Both the position numbers and the translations under genes were made by a program. DNA of 64,000 nucleotides from Polyangiales bacterium (GTDB lineage Bacteria; Myxococcota_A; Polyangia; Polyangiales; Polyangiaceae), in assembly GCA_038230375.1 (NCBI GenBank), contig JBBRNJ010000007.1, forward strand, positions 104,004 to 168,003. Direction: 5' to 3'. This document shows positions 39,517 to 48,957 of the stretch, in pieces. Under the pieces are notes generated by a model that made no database searches, had not been told where the DNA came from, and worked only from the letters and a program-made list of their open reading frames with translations. Numbering within the stretch: position 1 is the stretch's first letter; each line of letters begins with the position of its first letter.

Positions 39517-40668
39517 CTACGTCAGTACAATCTCCGTGATCTCCGCTGGCGCTCCCACGCGCATCGGCGGGCCCCAGTACCCCGTCCCGCAGCTCACGTA
39601 GACCTGTGTGTCGCCCACGTTCATCAGCCCTCGCAGGAACGTCTTCTGTTGTATGCGCACCAGATACCCCCACGGAAATATCTGGCCTCCGTGCGTGTGA
39701 CCCGACAGCTGCAGATCCACGCCGTGCTCTGCCGCGCGCTCCACTTGCCGCGGCTGGTGCGCCAGCAGCACGATCGCGCGGCGCTTGTCGCGATCACCGA
39801 GCGCCTTCTCCATGTCCTCGCCGTGGCCTTCGGTCGCGTGCGCGCTCGCGTCGTCGACGCCGGCCAGATCGAAGCCGCGCGGGAGCGGGACACGCTCGTT
39901 GCGGAGCGTCTTGATGCCGAGCGTGCCAAGGAACGCGATCCATTCGTCCGCGCCCGAGTAGTACTCGTGGTTGCCCGTCACGAAGAACACGCCGTCCTTC
40001 GCGCGCAGGTCGGCGAGCGGGCGTACGGCGTCGCCGAGCTCCTCCACGCTGCCATCCACCAGGTCTCCCGTGATCGCGACCAGGTCCGGCGAGAGCGCAT
40101 TCACGCGCGCGACCACGTCCTCGAGGAATGCCTTGCCGATCGTCGGCCCGATGTGGACGTCCGTGAGCTGCACGATGCGATAGCCCTTCGCCGCCGCCGG
40201 CAGCTTCGCGAGCGACACATCCACGCGCTTCACCGCGACCTGCCCGAGCGCGCCCTTCATGCCGGCCGCCGACATTCCGAACGCGAACAGGCCCGCTGAC
40301 GCGGCGATCGCGCGACCGATGAACGCGCGACGCTCCGGATCTGGCGGCGCGCTCCGAACCTTGTCCGCCACGAACAGGACAAGCTTCATCGCGTCTCCGA
40401 AGAGGAGCGCGACGACCAGGAAGAACATGATGCCCATCCACCCGAACGCGAGCCACGACAGGGGCGTTGCGGCCCAGCGAGGCCCGCGCATGAACGTCAT
40501 GCCCGCCATGATCGAGATGCCGCCGATGATGATGAGCGATTTGACTGCGGTGCGGGTGGTGCCCGTGAGGCCCGCGTCGCGGACCAAGCGCGCGAAGAGA
40601 TAATAGTGGATGCCCAGGGTGAGGCCCCCGAAGACGAGGAGAAAGAGAATGAGTCGGCCCGCGGACAT
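39517..40668 (-). CDS. Membrane-anchored metallophosphoesterase (YkuE-like)
   Basis: DVHIG, TGDLVD, GNHE, LAHQP and SGHTHGGQ motifs; N-terminal TM helices. Confidence 0.92.
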   Translation of the reverse strand: MSAGRLILFLLVFGGLTLGIHYYLFARLVRDAGLTGTTRTAVKSLIIIGGISIMAGMTFMRGPRWAATPLSWLAFGWMGIMFFLVVALLFGDAMKLVLFVADKVRSAPPDPERRAFIGRAIAASAGLFAFGMSAAGMKGALGQVAVKRVDVSLAKLPAAAKGYRIVQLTDVHIGPTIGKAFLEDVVARVNALSPDLVAITGDLVDGSVEELGDAVRPLADLRAKDGVFFVTGNHEYYSGADEWIAFLGTLGIKTLRNERVPLPRGFDLAGVDDASAHATEGHGEDMEKALGDRDKRRAIVLLAHQPRQVERAAEHGVDLQLSGHTHGGQIFPWGYLVRIQQKTFLRGLMNVGDTQVYVSCGTGYWGPPMRVGAPAEITEIVLT

Positions 40669-40732
40669 TTGCCTGGGTCTAGGATGAAGGAAAGTACCCG
40701 GACGTCGCGGAAAATCGTGCAAAGGCTGAACC

Positions 40733-41830
40733 ATGGAGACCAGCGCCTATTACCCGTTTGGTTTGCCGCTTTACGTCTTGCTCCTGGTGGTCGAATGGGT
40801 GGTTGCTCGGCGGCGCGGGAGGCCGACTCTTTCGTTCGCGCCCAGCGTGAGCAACGTGTCTTCGGGGGTCGGGTCCATTGTCATGGGCCTGTTCCTCGGG
40901 CCCATGTGGCTTGCGTTGTATGCGTGGGGGGCGCAGACGTTCGCGCTGTTCCACTGGCGGGATGGGTCATGGATTCCGTATGCGCTCGCGCTGGTGCTCG
41001 CGGACCTTGCTCACTACTGGAACCACCGCATGGACCATCGCGTGGCTGCGTGCTGGGCCATCCACGGCGTGCACCATCAGTCGGAGGAGATGAACTTCAC
41101 CACCGGCATGCGCCACGGGTGGTTCTCCGACTTCTTCTCCATCCCGTTCTACGCGCCGCTCACGCTGGTGGGGATAGAGCTCCGACATTTCTTCTTCGCC
41201 ACGGTCATGCTGTCGCTTCATGCGCTGCTGACACACAGCGCCGTGATTCGTTTCCCGAGCTTCGGCGTCCTGGTCACTCCGCAGTCGCACAACCTTCACC
41301 ACGCGAAGAACGCGCCCTACGCGGACAGGAACTTCGCGGTCATGTTCAGCGTGTGGGACCGGCTCTTCGGAACGTACGTGGCTCTCGACCCGCTCATTGC
41401 GCCCGTCTACGGGACCACGCGCGGATATCCCACCCACGACGGCGTTCGCGCGCAGTGGGTGCTCTGGGCGGACCTCTTCGCGCGGGCGCGCCTTTGCACC
41501 GGCCTCCGCGCGAAGGCGCACGTCTTCCTGGGTCGGCCCTCGGACGCGGGGCTTCCGCCGCAGCCGCAGGCACGTGCGTCGCGTGACATCCCGCGCGCCA
41601 CCAAGGTGCTCGTCGCAGCGCTGCTGACGCTCACCCTTGGCTCATCGCTCCGGGTGTTCGTGGGCCGCGACCAGTTCGCGTGGTCCACATGGCTGGTGTG
41701 TGGTGCTCTCATCCTTTGGGCGATGTCGTCGCTCTGCAGCGTGCTTGATGGAGGGAGAAAGCTTGCCGCAGTTGCGCAACCAACGGACACTGTGAGGAGT
41801 GCGCCTCTGCGCGCTCCTGGAGGGTCGTGA
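40733..41830 (+). CDS. Sterol desaturase/fatty-acid hydroxylase family protein (alkylglycerol monooxygenase-like)
   Basis: His boxes HYWNHR, HGVHH and HNLHH; DRNFA...WDRLFGT. Confidence 0.85.
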   Translation: METSAYYPFGLPLYVLLLVVEWVVARRRGRPTLSFAPSVSNVSSGVGSIVMGLFLGPMWLALYAWGAQTFALFHWRDGSWIPYALALVLADLAHYWNHRMDHRVAACWAIHGVHHQSEEMNFTTGMRHGWFSDFFSIPFYAPLTLVGIELRHFFFATVMLSLHALLTHSAVIRFPSFGVLVTPQSHNLHHAKNAPYADRNFAVMFSVWDRLFGTYVALDPLIAPVYGTTRGYPTHDGVRAQWVLWADLFARARLCTGLRAKAHVFLGRPSDAGLPPQPQARASRDIPRATKVLVAALLTLTLGSSLRVFVGRDQFAWSTWLVCGALILWAMSSLCSVLDGGRKLAAVAQPTDTVRSAPLRAPGGS

Positions 41831-44181
41831 TGCGCAACACTCGTGCTCGGTGGACCCTGGTTCTTGCGGCAGGTCTTGCGGTCGGCGTCGCCGTTGCCGC
41901 CGTGGGTTGCGGCAGCTCGGATGAGTCTCAGTTTGGTGGCGGCGGCGACGACGCGTCCAACGGCGGCGACGAGACCGGGTTCAACAACGGCTTCGGCAGC
42001 AAGGACGGCGCTGTCGACGCGAAGGCCTTCAACAACGACGCAAGCGGCGCGCTCGTCGTGACGCCGGCGGTCGCGAACATCGCCATCACTGTCACGAACG
42101 GCGTGATCACGGCGAACCTGCCGGCGCAGTTCAAGGCGAACTACAACGGGTCGGTCGTCAATGCGACCTGGCTCTTCGATCGCGGTGAGCTCGGCGTCGT
42201 CAACGGGATGTCCGGGCTCTTCACCGCATCCGGAACCACGGTGGGTGATGGCACCATCACGGCGCGCTTCGGCGCTCGCGAGGGCACCGCGAAGGTGCAC
42301 ATCACGCTGAGCGAGACGGAGAACGGCCTCCCCAGCAACGTGGACGCCGGCGTGGGTGGCTTCGGAGGGCTTGGTGGTGTCGGCGGCGAGCCGCTCGGTG
42401 GCGCCGTGGACCCCACAATCGTCGCGCGCCTCAAGGCGGAGACCAACGCGAGCGACATCACGTTCCTCTATCCGTACGACAAGACCGTGTGGCCGCGCGG
42501 CCTGCTTCCGCCGCTTCTCATGTGGCAGACCACGAAGGCCGCCGACTCCGTGTACGTGAAGCTGTCGCAGGCGAACTTCACGTTCGAGGGGACCTACTCG
42601 TACTCCGCGCAGCCCGCGGGCGGTCCGGAGCGACAGCGCGTCCGCATCGAGGACGCCGTGTGGAAGGCCGCAACGGACGGCAACGCGGGCGATCCGCTCC
42701 TGGTCACCGTGAAGGTGTACTCCGCGGCGGACGACAAGGTGTACGGCCCCATCACGGAGTCGTGGACCGTCGCGAACGGCGTGCTCAAGGGCACCGTCTA
42801 CTACAACTCGTATGACTCCAAGGTGAACCCGGCGGGCGGCGCCGTGATCGCCATCAAGCCGCGCTCTCCGGAGCCCACGCTCGCCGTGGCTGCGGAGGCC
42901 GGTAAATGCACCGTCTGCCACACGCTGTCCGCGGATGGCTCAACGCTCTGGGCGGAAGACGGCGATCACTACGAGAACGGCGCGTCCTACGATCTGACGG
43001 ACGGCGGCGCGCGGACCTCGTATGTCACCATTGGCGGTGGCGGTATCCCCGCCAACAACCGCAAGTTCGTGTGGTCTGCACCGTACCCCGACGGCGCGTT
43101 CGCGCTCGCGAGCTCGAACTTTGCGCGTGAGGCCTACACGCAGACGGACGCCAAGCTGTTCGCGCGCAGCGACGGTTCCGAGGTGGTCTCCAACGTGGCG
43201 ACGTTCGTGACCAGCGCCGTCACGCCAGCGTTCGCGCCGAACGGCAAGAAGGTCGTGTTCAACTTCTGGGAAGGTCCCGGCGGTGGCGGCGTCACCGCGG
43301 GCGCGGGCCGCACGCTCGCCATCCTGGATTTCTCATGCGGCGCCGCCGCCGGCTCGGTGAAGTGCGGAGCGGGCGTCACGCCTGCGTTCTCGAATCTTCG
43401 CCAGATCTACAGCGGCCCGACCAACTATCCGGCGTGGCCAAGCTTCGTTCCCGACGGGACCGCTGTCGTCTTCCACAACACGGTGCAGGGCGGCAACTGC
43501 GGCCCGGTGCCGCCGACCAAGGGCACGACCGGGGACTGTCAGCTCACCACCTGGTACAACGCGGAGGCGGAGCTCTGGATCGCGCCAGACCCCACGGCTG
43601 CAGTGGACGCAGGAGCCTCACCCGCGCCCATGGCGCTCAACGCGCTGAACGGGAAGACGCCAGGCGGCGCGCTCTACGTGCCCGTCAGTGCCTCGCACCC
43701 CGACGACTCGATCGTGAACTACCAGCCCACAGTGAATCCGGTCGCTTCGGGCGGCTACTACTGGACAGTGTTCACGTCCCGCCGTCTGTACGGCAACCTG
43801 ATCACCGGCGCGCCGTGGACCTCCACACCAGACGCGAAGAAGCTCTGGGTCGCGGCCATCAACATCAAGACCGGGATGGTGGACCCCAGCCATCCCGCGT
43901 TCTACCTGCCAGGCCAGGAGCTCAGCGCAGGCAACTCGCGCGGCTTCTGGGTCGTGGACCCCTGCAAGGGCGACGGCTCGGGCTGCGAATCCGGCGACGA
44001 GTGCTGCAACGGCTTCTGTCGCGCAGCCGGAGACGGAGGCGCGCTGGTGTGCGGTCCTCAGCCGCCAGGCAACAAGTGCTCGATGGAGTTCGAGGCCTGC
44101 AAGATCGACGCGGACTGCTGCGATCCGAAGGACCAGTGCATCAACGGTCGCTGCGCCCAGAAGGCGCCAGGCGTGAACTGA
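41830..44181 (+). CDS. Large lipoprotein with TolB-like propeller region and Cys-rich C-terminus
   Basis: Lipobox AVGC; PAFAPNGKKVVF and PSFVPDG repeats; CTVCH; WTVFTSRR; terminal ECCNGFC...DCC...CING. Confidence 0.75.
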   Translation: MRNTRARWTLVLAAGLAVGVAVAAVGCGSSDESQFGGGGDDASNGGDETGFNNGFGSKDGAVDAKAFNNDASGALVVTPAVANIAITVTNGVITANLPAQFKANYNGSVVNATWLFDRGELGVVNGMSGLFTASGTTVGDGTITARFGAREGTAKVHITLSETENGLPSNVDAGVGGFGGLGGVGGEPLGGAVDPTIVARLKAETNASDITFLYPYDKTVWPRGLLPPLLMWQTTKAADSVYVKLSQANFTFEGTYSYSAQPAGGPERQRVRIEDAVWKAATDGNAGDPLLVTVKVYSAADDKVYGPITESWTVANGVLKGTVYYNSYDSKVNPAGGAVIAIKPRSPEPTLAVAAEAGKCTVCHTLSADGSTLWAEDGDHYENGASYDLTDGGARTSYVTIGGGGIPANNRKFVWSAPYPDGAFALASSNFAREAYTQTDAKLFARSDGSEVVSNVATFVTSAVTPAFAPNGKKVVFNFWEGPGGGGVTAGAGRTLAILDFSCGAAAGSVKCGAGVTPAFSNLRQIYSGPTNYPAWPSFVPDGTAVVFHNTVQGGNCGPVPPTKGTTGDCQLTTWYNAEAELWIAPDPTAAVDAGASPAPMALNALNGKTPGGALYVPVSASHPDDSIVNYQPTVNPVASGGYYWTVFTSRRLYGNLITGAPWTSTPDAKKLWVAAINIKTGMVDPSHPAFYLPGQELSAGNSRGFWVVDPCKGDGSGCESGDECCNGFCRAAGDGGALVCGPQPPGNKCSMEFEACKIDADCCDPKDQCINGRCAQKAPGVN

Positions 44182-44214
44182 CTCCAACGTTGACCTGGGA
44201 CATGTACCGCGCCG

Positions 44215-44628
44215 CTACAGCGCCGTCCTCGCGAGCACCAAGATCATCTTCAGCTCCGCTGGCGTGACCTTGGTCACGCTGATGCGACTCTTCTTCACGA
44301 GCGCCATCTCTTTCAACTTCGGGTGCGCCTTCAGGGTTGCCAGCGTCACGGTCTCCACGAACGCCTTCACGGGCACAAGGTCCACCGCGGAGAAGTCCTC
44401 TTCCGTGGTGGGGTCCTGGTACGCCTCGCGCGCGACCTTGCCGATGCCCACGATCTCCTTGCCGTCGTTCGAGTGATAGAAGAGCACCTGGTCGCCCTTC
44501 TTCATCTCGCGCAGGTTGTTGCGAGCCTCGTAGTTGCGCACACCGTCCCAGACAGCCTTCTTTTCTCGCTGAAAACGCTCGAAGCTGTAGACCGAGGGCT
44601 CACTCTTGACGAGGTAGATGGCGCTCAT
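44215..44628 (-). CDS. EVE domain protein
   Basis: YLVKSEP, WDGVRNYEARN, GDQVLFYHS, IVGIGKV, AYQDPT and SRISV motifs. Confidence 0.92.
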   Translation of the reverse strand: MSAIYLVKSEPSVYSFERFQREKKAVWDGVRNYEARNNLREMKKGDQVLFYHSNDGKEIVGIGKVAREAYQDPTTEEDFSAVDLVPVKAFVETVTLATLKAHPKLKEMALVKKSRISVTKVTPAELKMILVLARTAL

Positions 44629-44675
44629 GGACGGGTACCTACCACGTGATACGGTCGGTCGCAGGAGAACACCCC

Positions 44676-45515
44676 GTGGCCCAACCTCCGTATCAAGGTC
44701 CTCCGCCGCAAGGCGCGCCGCCTCCGCAGTACGCCGACCTTCCGCAGCACGCGCGCGAGCGTCTTGCACGGATGCGCCAGCGTCAGTTCTTCACCAGCGA
44801 TCTCTCCGTGAACGAGTTCCTGCTCGTGAAGGAGGTCGGCTTTCACCCCGTGGGCCTGGTGCTCGGGTCGAGCATCTTCCACATCGGCAACCAGTGGGTG
44901 AGCGCCAAGGCCAACTGCGAGATGCAGCAGCTCACGCAGGCGCTCTACCTCTCGCGAGAGCTCGCGATGGCGCGCATGGAGGAAGAGGCGGACTCGCTCG
45001 GCGCTGACGGAATCGTGGGCGTGAAGCTCCAGGTCACGCAGCACGCTTGGGGCGCCAACGTGATCGAGTTCGTCGCCATCGGCACCGCCGTGAAGAACGA
45101 CCAGGGACACAACTGGCGCGCGCCGAACGGCAAGCCATTCCAGTCCGACCTCTCCGGTCAGGATTTCTGGACGCTGCTCCGCGCCGGGTACCGCCCGCTC
45201 GGCTTCGTGATGGGCAACTGCGTGTACCACGTAGGTGAGCTGGGCTTCTTCCAGAAGCTCACGACGCCCGCGCAGGGCGAGATGAAGAACTACACGGAGG
45301 GCCTCTACGACGCGCGCGAGCTCGCCATGGAGCGCATGCAGACGGAGGCAACCGACCTGGGCGCCGAGGGCATCGTCGGCGTGGTGATCGATCAGTCGAA
45401 CCACTCGTGGGGCAACAACGTGATCGAGTTCTCCGCAGTGGGCACCGCGGTCGCGCCCATCTCGCGCGACCACAAGATCCCCGTGCCGCAGCTCATTCTC
45501 ACCGTCAACGACTGA
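44676..45515 (+). CDS. Tandem YbjQ/UPF0145 (putative heavy-metal-binding) domain protein 1
   Basis: AGGAG RBS then GTG; P/Q/Y/G-rich leader; two repeats of FxSDLS..GxxPxGxVxG..RELAxxRM..LGAxGIVGV..EFxAxGTAV. Confidence 0.88.
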   Translation: MAQPPYQGPPPQGAPPPQYADLPQHARERLARMRQRQFFTSDLSVNEFLLVKEVGFHPVGLVLGSSIFHIGNQWVSAKANCEMQQLTQALYLSRELAMARMEEEADSLGADGIVGVKLQVTQHAWGANVIEFVAIGTAVKNDQGHNWRAPNGKPFQSDLSGQDFWTLLRAGYRPLGFVMGNCVYHVGELGFFQKLTTPAQGEMKNYTEGLYDARELAMERMQTEATDLGAEGIVGVVIDQSNHSWGNNVIEFSAVGTAVAPISRDHKIPVPQLILTVND

Positions 45516-45527
45516 AAGGGCAGACTC

Positions 45528-46565
45528 ATGGCGCAGCAGCCCTTCGACATCAACGCGAGCCTGGCCCACGTGCGGGCGGGCGGTCTCCCGATCCGCGCGC
45601 AGATCCGCCTGGCGGAAGAGGCGGGCCCGAACAAGAAGCTCTTCACGAGCGATCTGTCCGTGAGCGAGTTCCTGCTCGTGGAAGAGGCCAAGGCGCGGCC
45701 CATCTCGCAGGTGATGGGCTCGTCGGTCTATCGCATCGGAACGGTGAGTGACTACAAGGGCGGCGGCGAACAGATCTTCGAGATCAAGACGCTGTCACAA
45801 GGCCACCGCGAAGCGCGACGAAAGGCCCTCTCGCGGCTCTTCCAGGAGGCGCGGCTCGTCGGCGCGGATGCGGTGGTCGGCATGCGCCTGTCGGAGCGCA
45901 TGATCACCATGGGCAGCCATGGCAAGGGCGGCGACGACGGCGGCGAGATCATCGAGTTCACCGCGGTGGGCACTGCCATCGACGCCAACTGGATCACGCA
46001 CCCGCCCAACGTGCCCGTGGTGACGGACCTCACCGGCCAGGAGCTGTGGGCGCTCGCGCAGGACGGCTTCGAGCCGTGCGGCTTCCTGTTCGACTTCTGT
46101 CGCTACCACGTGTGGCACGTGCTCGCGGGCTGGCAGCAAGGGCAGTCGCAGGGGGAGATCAGCCTTGCGCAACAGGCGATCGAGCTCGCGCGAAAGCACG
46201 TGGAGGCCAGCATCGAGGACCAGGCCACGAAGTTCGAGGCCGAGTTCGTGGTCGGCTCGGACGTGAAGATCGAGATCAAGGAGGTCCCTTGCGGCTACGC
46301 GAGCTGCGAGCTGAACGATCTGGACGTGAGCGTGAGCTGGTTCGGTACAGGCGTGCGTCGCGTGCCGCATTTCGTGCCGCCGGAGCATCCAAAGGCGCCG
46401 CCGCTGATCCTCTCGATGATGCCGCTCGGTCGGCGCAAGAACAAGGGCTTCGAGGACGAAGAGGACGAGGCCGACGAGGTAGCGGAGCTCGCCAAGGAGG
46501 CCGAGGAAGAGGCGCTGCGCGAGGACGAGAACCCCAAGGAAGAATCCGGGAGCGACGACGACTGA
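45528..46565 (+). CDS. Tandem YbjQ domain protein 2 (divergent second domain, acidic tail)
   Basis: FTSDLSVSEF..GADAVVG..EFTAVGTA; second repeat VTDLTGQEL..WFGTGV; CGYASC; Glu/Asp-rich C-terminus. Confidence 0.82.
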   Translation: MAQQPFDINASLAHVRAGGLPIRAQIRLAEEAGPNKKLFTSDLSVSEFLLVEEAKARPISQVMGSSVYRIGTVSDYKGGGEQIFEIKTLSQGHREARRKALSRLFQEARLVGADAVVGMRLSERMITMGSHGKGGDDGGEIIEFTAVGTAIDANWITHPPNVPVVTDLTGQELWALAQDGFEPCGFLFDFCRYHVWHVLAGWQQGQSQGEISLAQQAIELARKHVEASIEDQATKFEAEFVVGSDVKIEIKEVPCGYASCELNDLDVSVSWFGTGVRRVPHFVPPEHPKAPPLILSMMPLGRRKNKGFEDEEDEADEVAELAKEAEEEALREDENPKEESGSDDD

Positions 46566-47473
46566 TGACACAAGGTCGCTACCCCGGTCCCCCGCCGACC
46601 CCGCAAGGCTACGCGCAGCCCATGCCGTCCGATCTGCCGAAGCACGCGCGCGAGCGCTTGATGCAGATGCGGCAGAAGAAGCTCTTCACGAGCGATCTCT
46701 CCATCAACGAGTTCCTGCTCGTGAAGCAGGCGGGCTTCGAGCCGCTCGGCCTGGTGATGGGGAGCTCCGTCTACCAGATGATGGCGCAGGTGCCGCAGGT
46801 GCCGTACGGACAGTGGGGCGTCGAGGTGGGCTGGATGTCCCACGCGCTCTACCACTCGCGCGAGCTCGCCATGAATCGCATGGAGGAAGAGGCGACCGAG
46901 CTGGGCGCGGACGGAATCGTCGGCGTGCGGCTCGAGGTGAACGTCCACGCGTTCGGCCAGGGCATCCTCGAGTTCATGGCCGTGGGCACGGCGGTCCGTC
47001 ATGCGGACGGTGTCAGCTTCCGGAACGCCCACGGCAAGCCATTCCAGTCCGACCTCTCGGGCCAGGAGTTCTGGACGCTCATCAGCGCGGGCTATCGGCC
47101 CGTGGGCTTTGTGATGGGCAACTGCGTCGCGTACGTCCCACCCAACACGCTGCTCGCGACCACGGGCTCCAGCAGTGAAGGCCAGGAGCTGGCGGAGTAC
47201 ACGCACGTCCTCTACGACGCGCGCGAGCTCGCCATCGGCCGCCTCCAGTACGAGGCGGAGTCGCTTCACGCCGAAGGCATCGTCGGCGTCACGGTCACGG
47301 AGAAGGAGCACTCGTGGGGCGCGGGCCAGCCCGGCCAGGGAAGGCGCGACGGCAACGCCGCATACACCACGGGCGAGCTCATCGAGCTCTTCGTCGTGGG
47401 CACTGCGGTGATCCGCTACGACACGGGCAAGGCGCTTCCGCCCATCCACCTTGCAGTGCCGCTCAACAAATGA
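46565..47473 (+). CDS. Tandem YbjQ domain protein 3
   Basis: ATG overlaps the previous TGA; P/Q/Y/G-rich leader; FTSDLSINEF and FQSDLSGQEF repeats; close paralogue of protein 1. Confidence 0.88.
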   Translation: MTQGRYPGPPPTPQGYAQPMPSDLPKHARERLMQMRQKKLFTSDLSINEFLLVKQAGFEPLGLVMGSSVYQMMAQVPQVPYGQWGVEVGWMSHALYHSRELAMNRMEEEATELGADGIVGVRLEVNVHAFGQGILEFMAVGTAVRHADGVSFRNAHGKPFQSDLSGQEFWTLISAGYRPVGFVMGNCVAYVPPNTLLATTGSSSEGQELAEYTHVLYDARELAIGRLQYEAESLHAEGIVGVTVTEKEHSWGAGQPGQGRRDGNAAYTTGELIELFVVGTAVIRYDTGKALPPIHLAVPLNK

Positions 47474-47480
47474 GGCTCTC

Positions 47481-48293
47481 ATGGCGCTAGTCAGAAGAAC
47501 CGAGCCCGCGCTGTCCGACCTCTCCGTGACGGAGTTCCTCGTGCTCTCGCGCGCGGGGTTTTTGCCCATGGGCCTGGTCATCGGGACAAGCGTGTATGAT
47601 GCAGGTATCACCTGGAACCTGGGTCAGACGCGGGAGATCCCGGAGCTGGGCTTTGCGATGCACCAGGCGCGCAAGCTCGCGGTGGAGCGCATGCGTGCAC
47701 AGGCGAAGGAGCACGGCGCCGAGGGCGTGGTCGGCGTGCGCCTCCAGGTAGAGCACCACAAGTGGCGTGGCGGGCACACTGTCGCGAAGTTCGTGGCGCT
47801 CGGCACGGCCATCTCGTTCGACCGCGCGCATGCGCCGCAGAAGCTCGCGCACGCACCGAGCCTCTTGCTGGCGGGGCAACGGCCGTTCACGTCGGATCTG
47901 TCGGGTCAGGATTTCGTGACCCTCCTGCGCGCGGGCTACCGGCCCGTGGATCTCGCGATGGGTAGCTCGGTCTACGAGATCGATCCGTCGCTCCTCTACA
48001 ACTACATCGGCGGGACCGTCGAGCTCATCCCCTACACGCAAGCATTCTTCAACGCGCGCGAGGGTGCGATGGACCGGCTCACGGAGGACCTGCATCGGGA
48101 CCATCCGAAGGACGGACCGGACTCGCCCGCGGGGATCGTCGGCGTGACCGTGGACGAGCGCGTGCATACGGGCTCCGGATTCGTGGTGGAGTACAGCGCC
48201 ATTGGTACCGCCGTCACTGCGCTCGCGGAAGGCGATCCGCGGCGTCATGCGCAGCTCCCGAACCCGACCATCGTCGTGCCGCTCGATCGCTGA
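47481..48293 (+). CDS. Tandem YbjQ domain protein 4
   Basis: LSDLSVTEF..GAEGVVGV..ALGTAI and FTSDLSGQDF..GIVGV..AIGTAV repeats. Confidence 0.85.
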   Translation: MALVRRTEPALSDLSVTEFLVLSRAGFLPMGLVIGTSVYDAGITWNLGQTREIPELGFAMHQARKLAVERMRAQAKEHGAEGVVGVRLQVEHHKWRGGHTVAKFVALGTAISFDRAHAPQKLAHAPSLLLAGQRPFTSDLSGQDFVTLLRAGYRPVDLAMGSSVYEIDPSLLYNYIGGTVELIPYTQAFFNAREGAMDRLTEDLHRDHPKDGPDSPAGIVGVTVDERVHTGSGFVVEYSAIGTAVTALAEGDPRRHAQLPNPTIVVPLDR

Positions 48294-48913
48294 TGGCGAA
48301 GAAGCGTTATGTGGCGGTCGCGGGGACCATCGGCGCGGGCAAGACGTCGCTCGTGGCGTGGCTCGAGAAGCGCTACGGGCTGGTGCCGTTCTACGAGCCG
48401 AACGAGGGCAACCCGTACCTCGCGGACTTCTACGCGGACATGAAGGCGTGGGCGTTCCACTCGCAGGCGTTCTTCCTGGCGCACAAGCTGGAGCTGCATC
48501 AGGCGCTGGAGCGCTCGCAGGTGCCCGCGGTCATCGACCGCACGATCTACGAGGACGCGGAGATCTTCGCGAAGAACCTCTACCTCCAGAAGTACATCGA
48601 CAAGCGCGACTGGGCCGTCTACCAGCGCCTGTACGAGGGGATCCGTCGCGCGCTGCGGCCACCGGACGTGCTCATCGCGCTCACGTGCTCGCTCTCGGCG
48701 ACGAAGAAGCGCATCACGCGGCGCGGCCGCGCGATGGAGTCGAGCATCCCGGACGCGTACCTGCGGCGGCTGCACAAGCTCTACACGCAGTGGTTCGACA
48801 CCTACGACCTCGGGCCCATCGTGCGCATCGACACCACGCGGCTCGACTACGTGGAGAACCTGGTGGACCTCATCGAGCTGAAGGAGCGGATGGACCAGGT
48901 GCTGCGCACGTGA
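48293..48913 (+). CDS. Deoxynucleoside kinase
   Basis: AGTIGAGKT P-loop; FYEP; NPYLADFY; DRTIYEDAEIFA; RITRRGR lid; TGATG overlap with YbjQ4. Confidence 0.92.
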   Translation: MAKKRYVAVAGTIGAGKTSLVAWLEKRYGLVPFYEPNEGNPYLADFYADMKAWAFHSQAFFLAHKLELHQALERSQVPAVIDRTIYEDAEIFAKNLYLQKYIDKRDWAVYQRLYEGIRRALRPPDVLIALTCSLSATKKRITRRGRAMESSIPDAYLRRLHKLYTQWFDTYDLGPIVRIDTTRLDYVENLVDLIELKERMDQVLRT

Positions 48914-48957
48914 GCAGGCCCGCAGAAAACGAGGCATTTGGTGAATCGAGCGCTACC

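Noticed and set aside
38636..40299. ORFs with DLDLDL or RGRGRG tracts (38636-39673 minus, 39235-40299 plus)
   Set aside because: Read-throughs of the microsatellite that overlap well-supported genes
42906..42925. CTVCH as a c-type haem site in the large lipoprotein
   Set aside because: Single motif inside a propeller-like protein with no other cytochrome features; cannot support the call
44215..48913. Assignment of the EVE/YbjQ/dNK locus to a named anti-phage system
   Set aside because: No nuclease, NADase, deaminase or other effector gene and no defence-island context; kept only as a hypothesis
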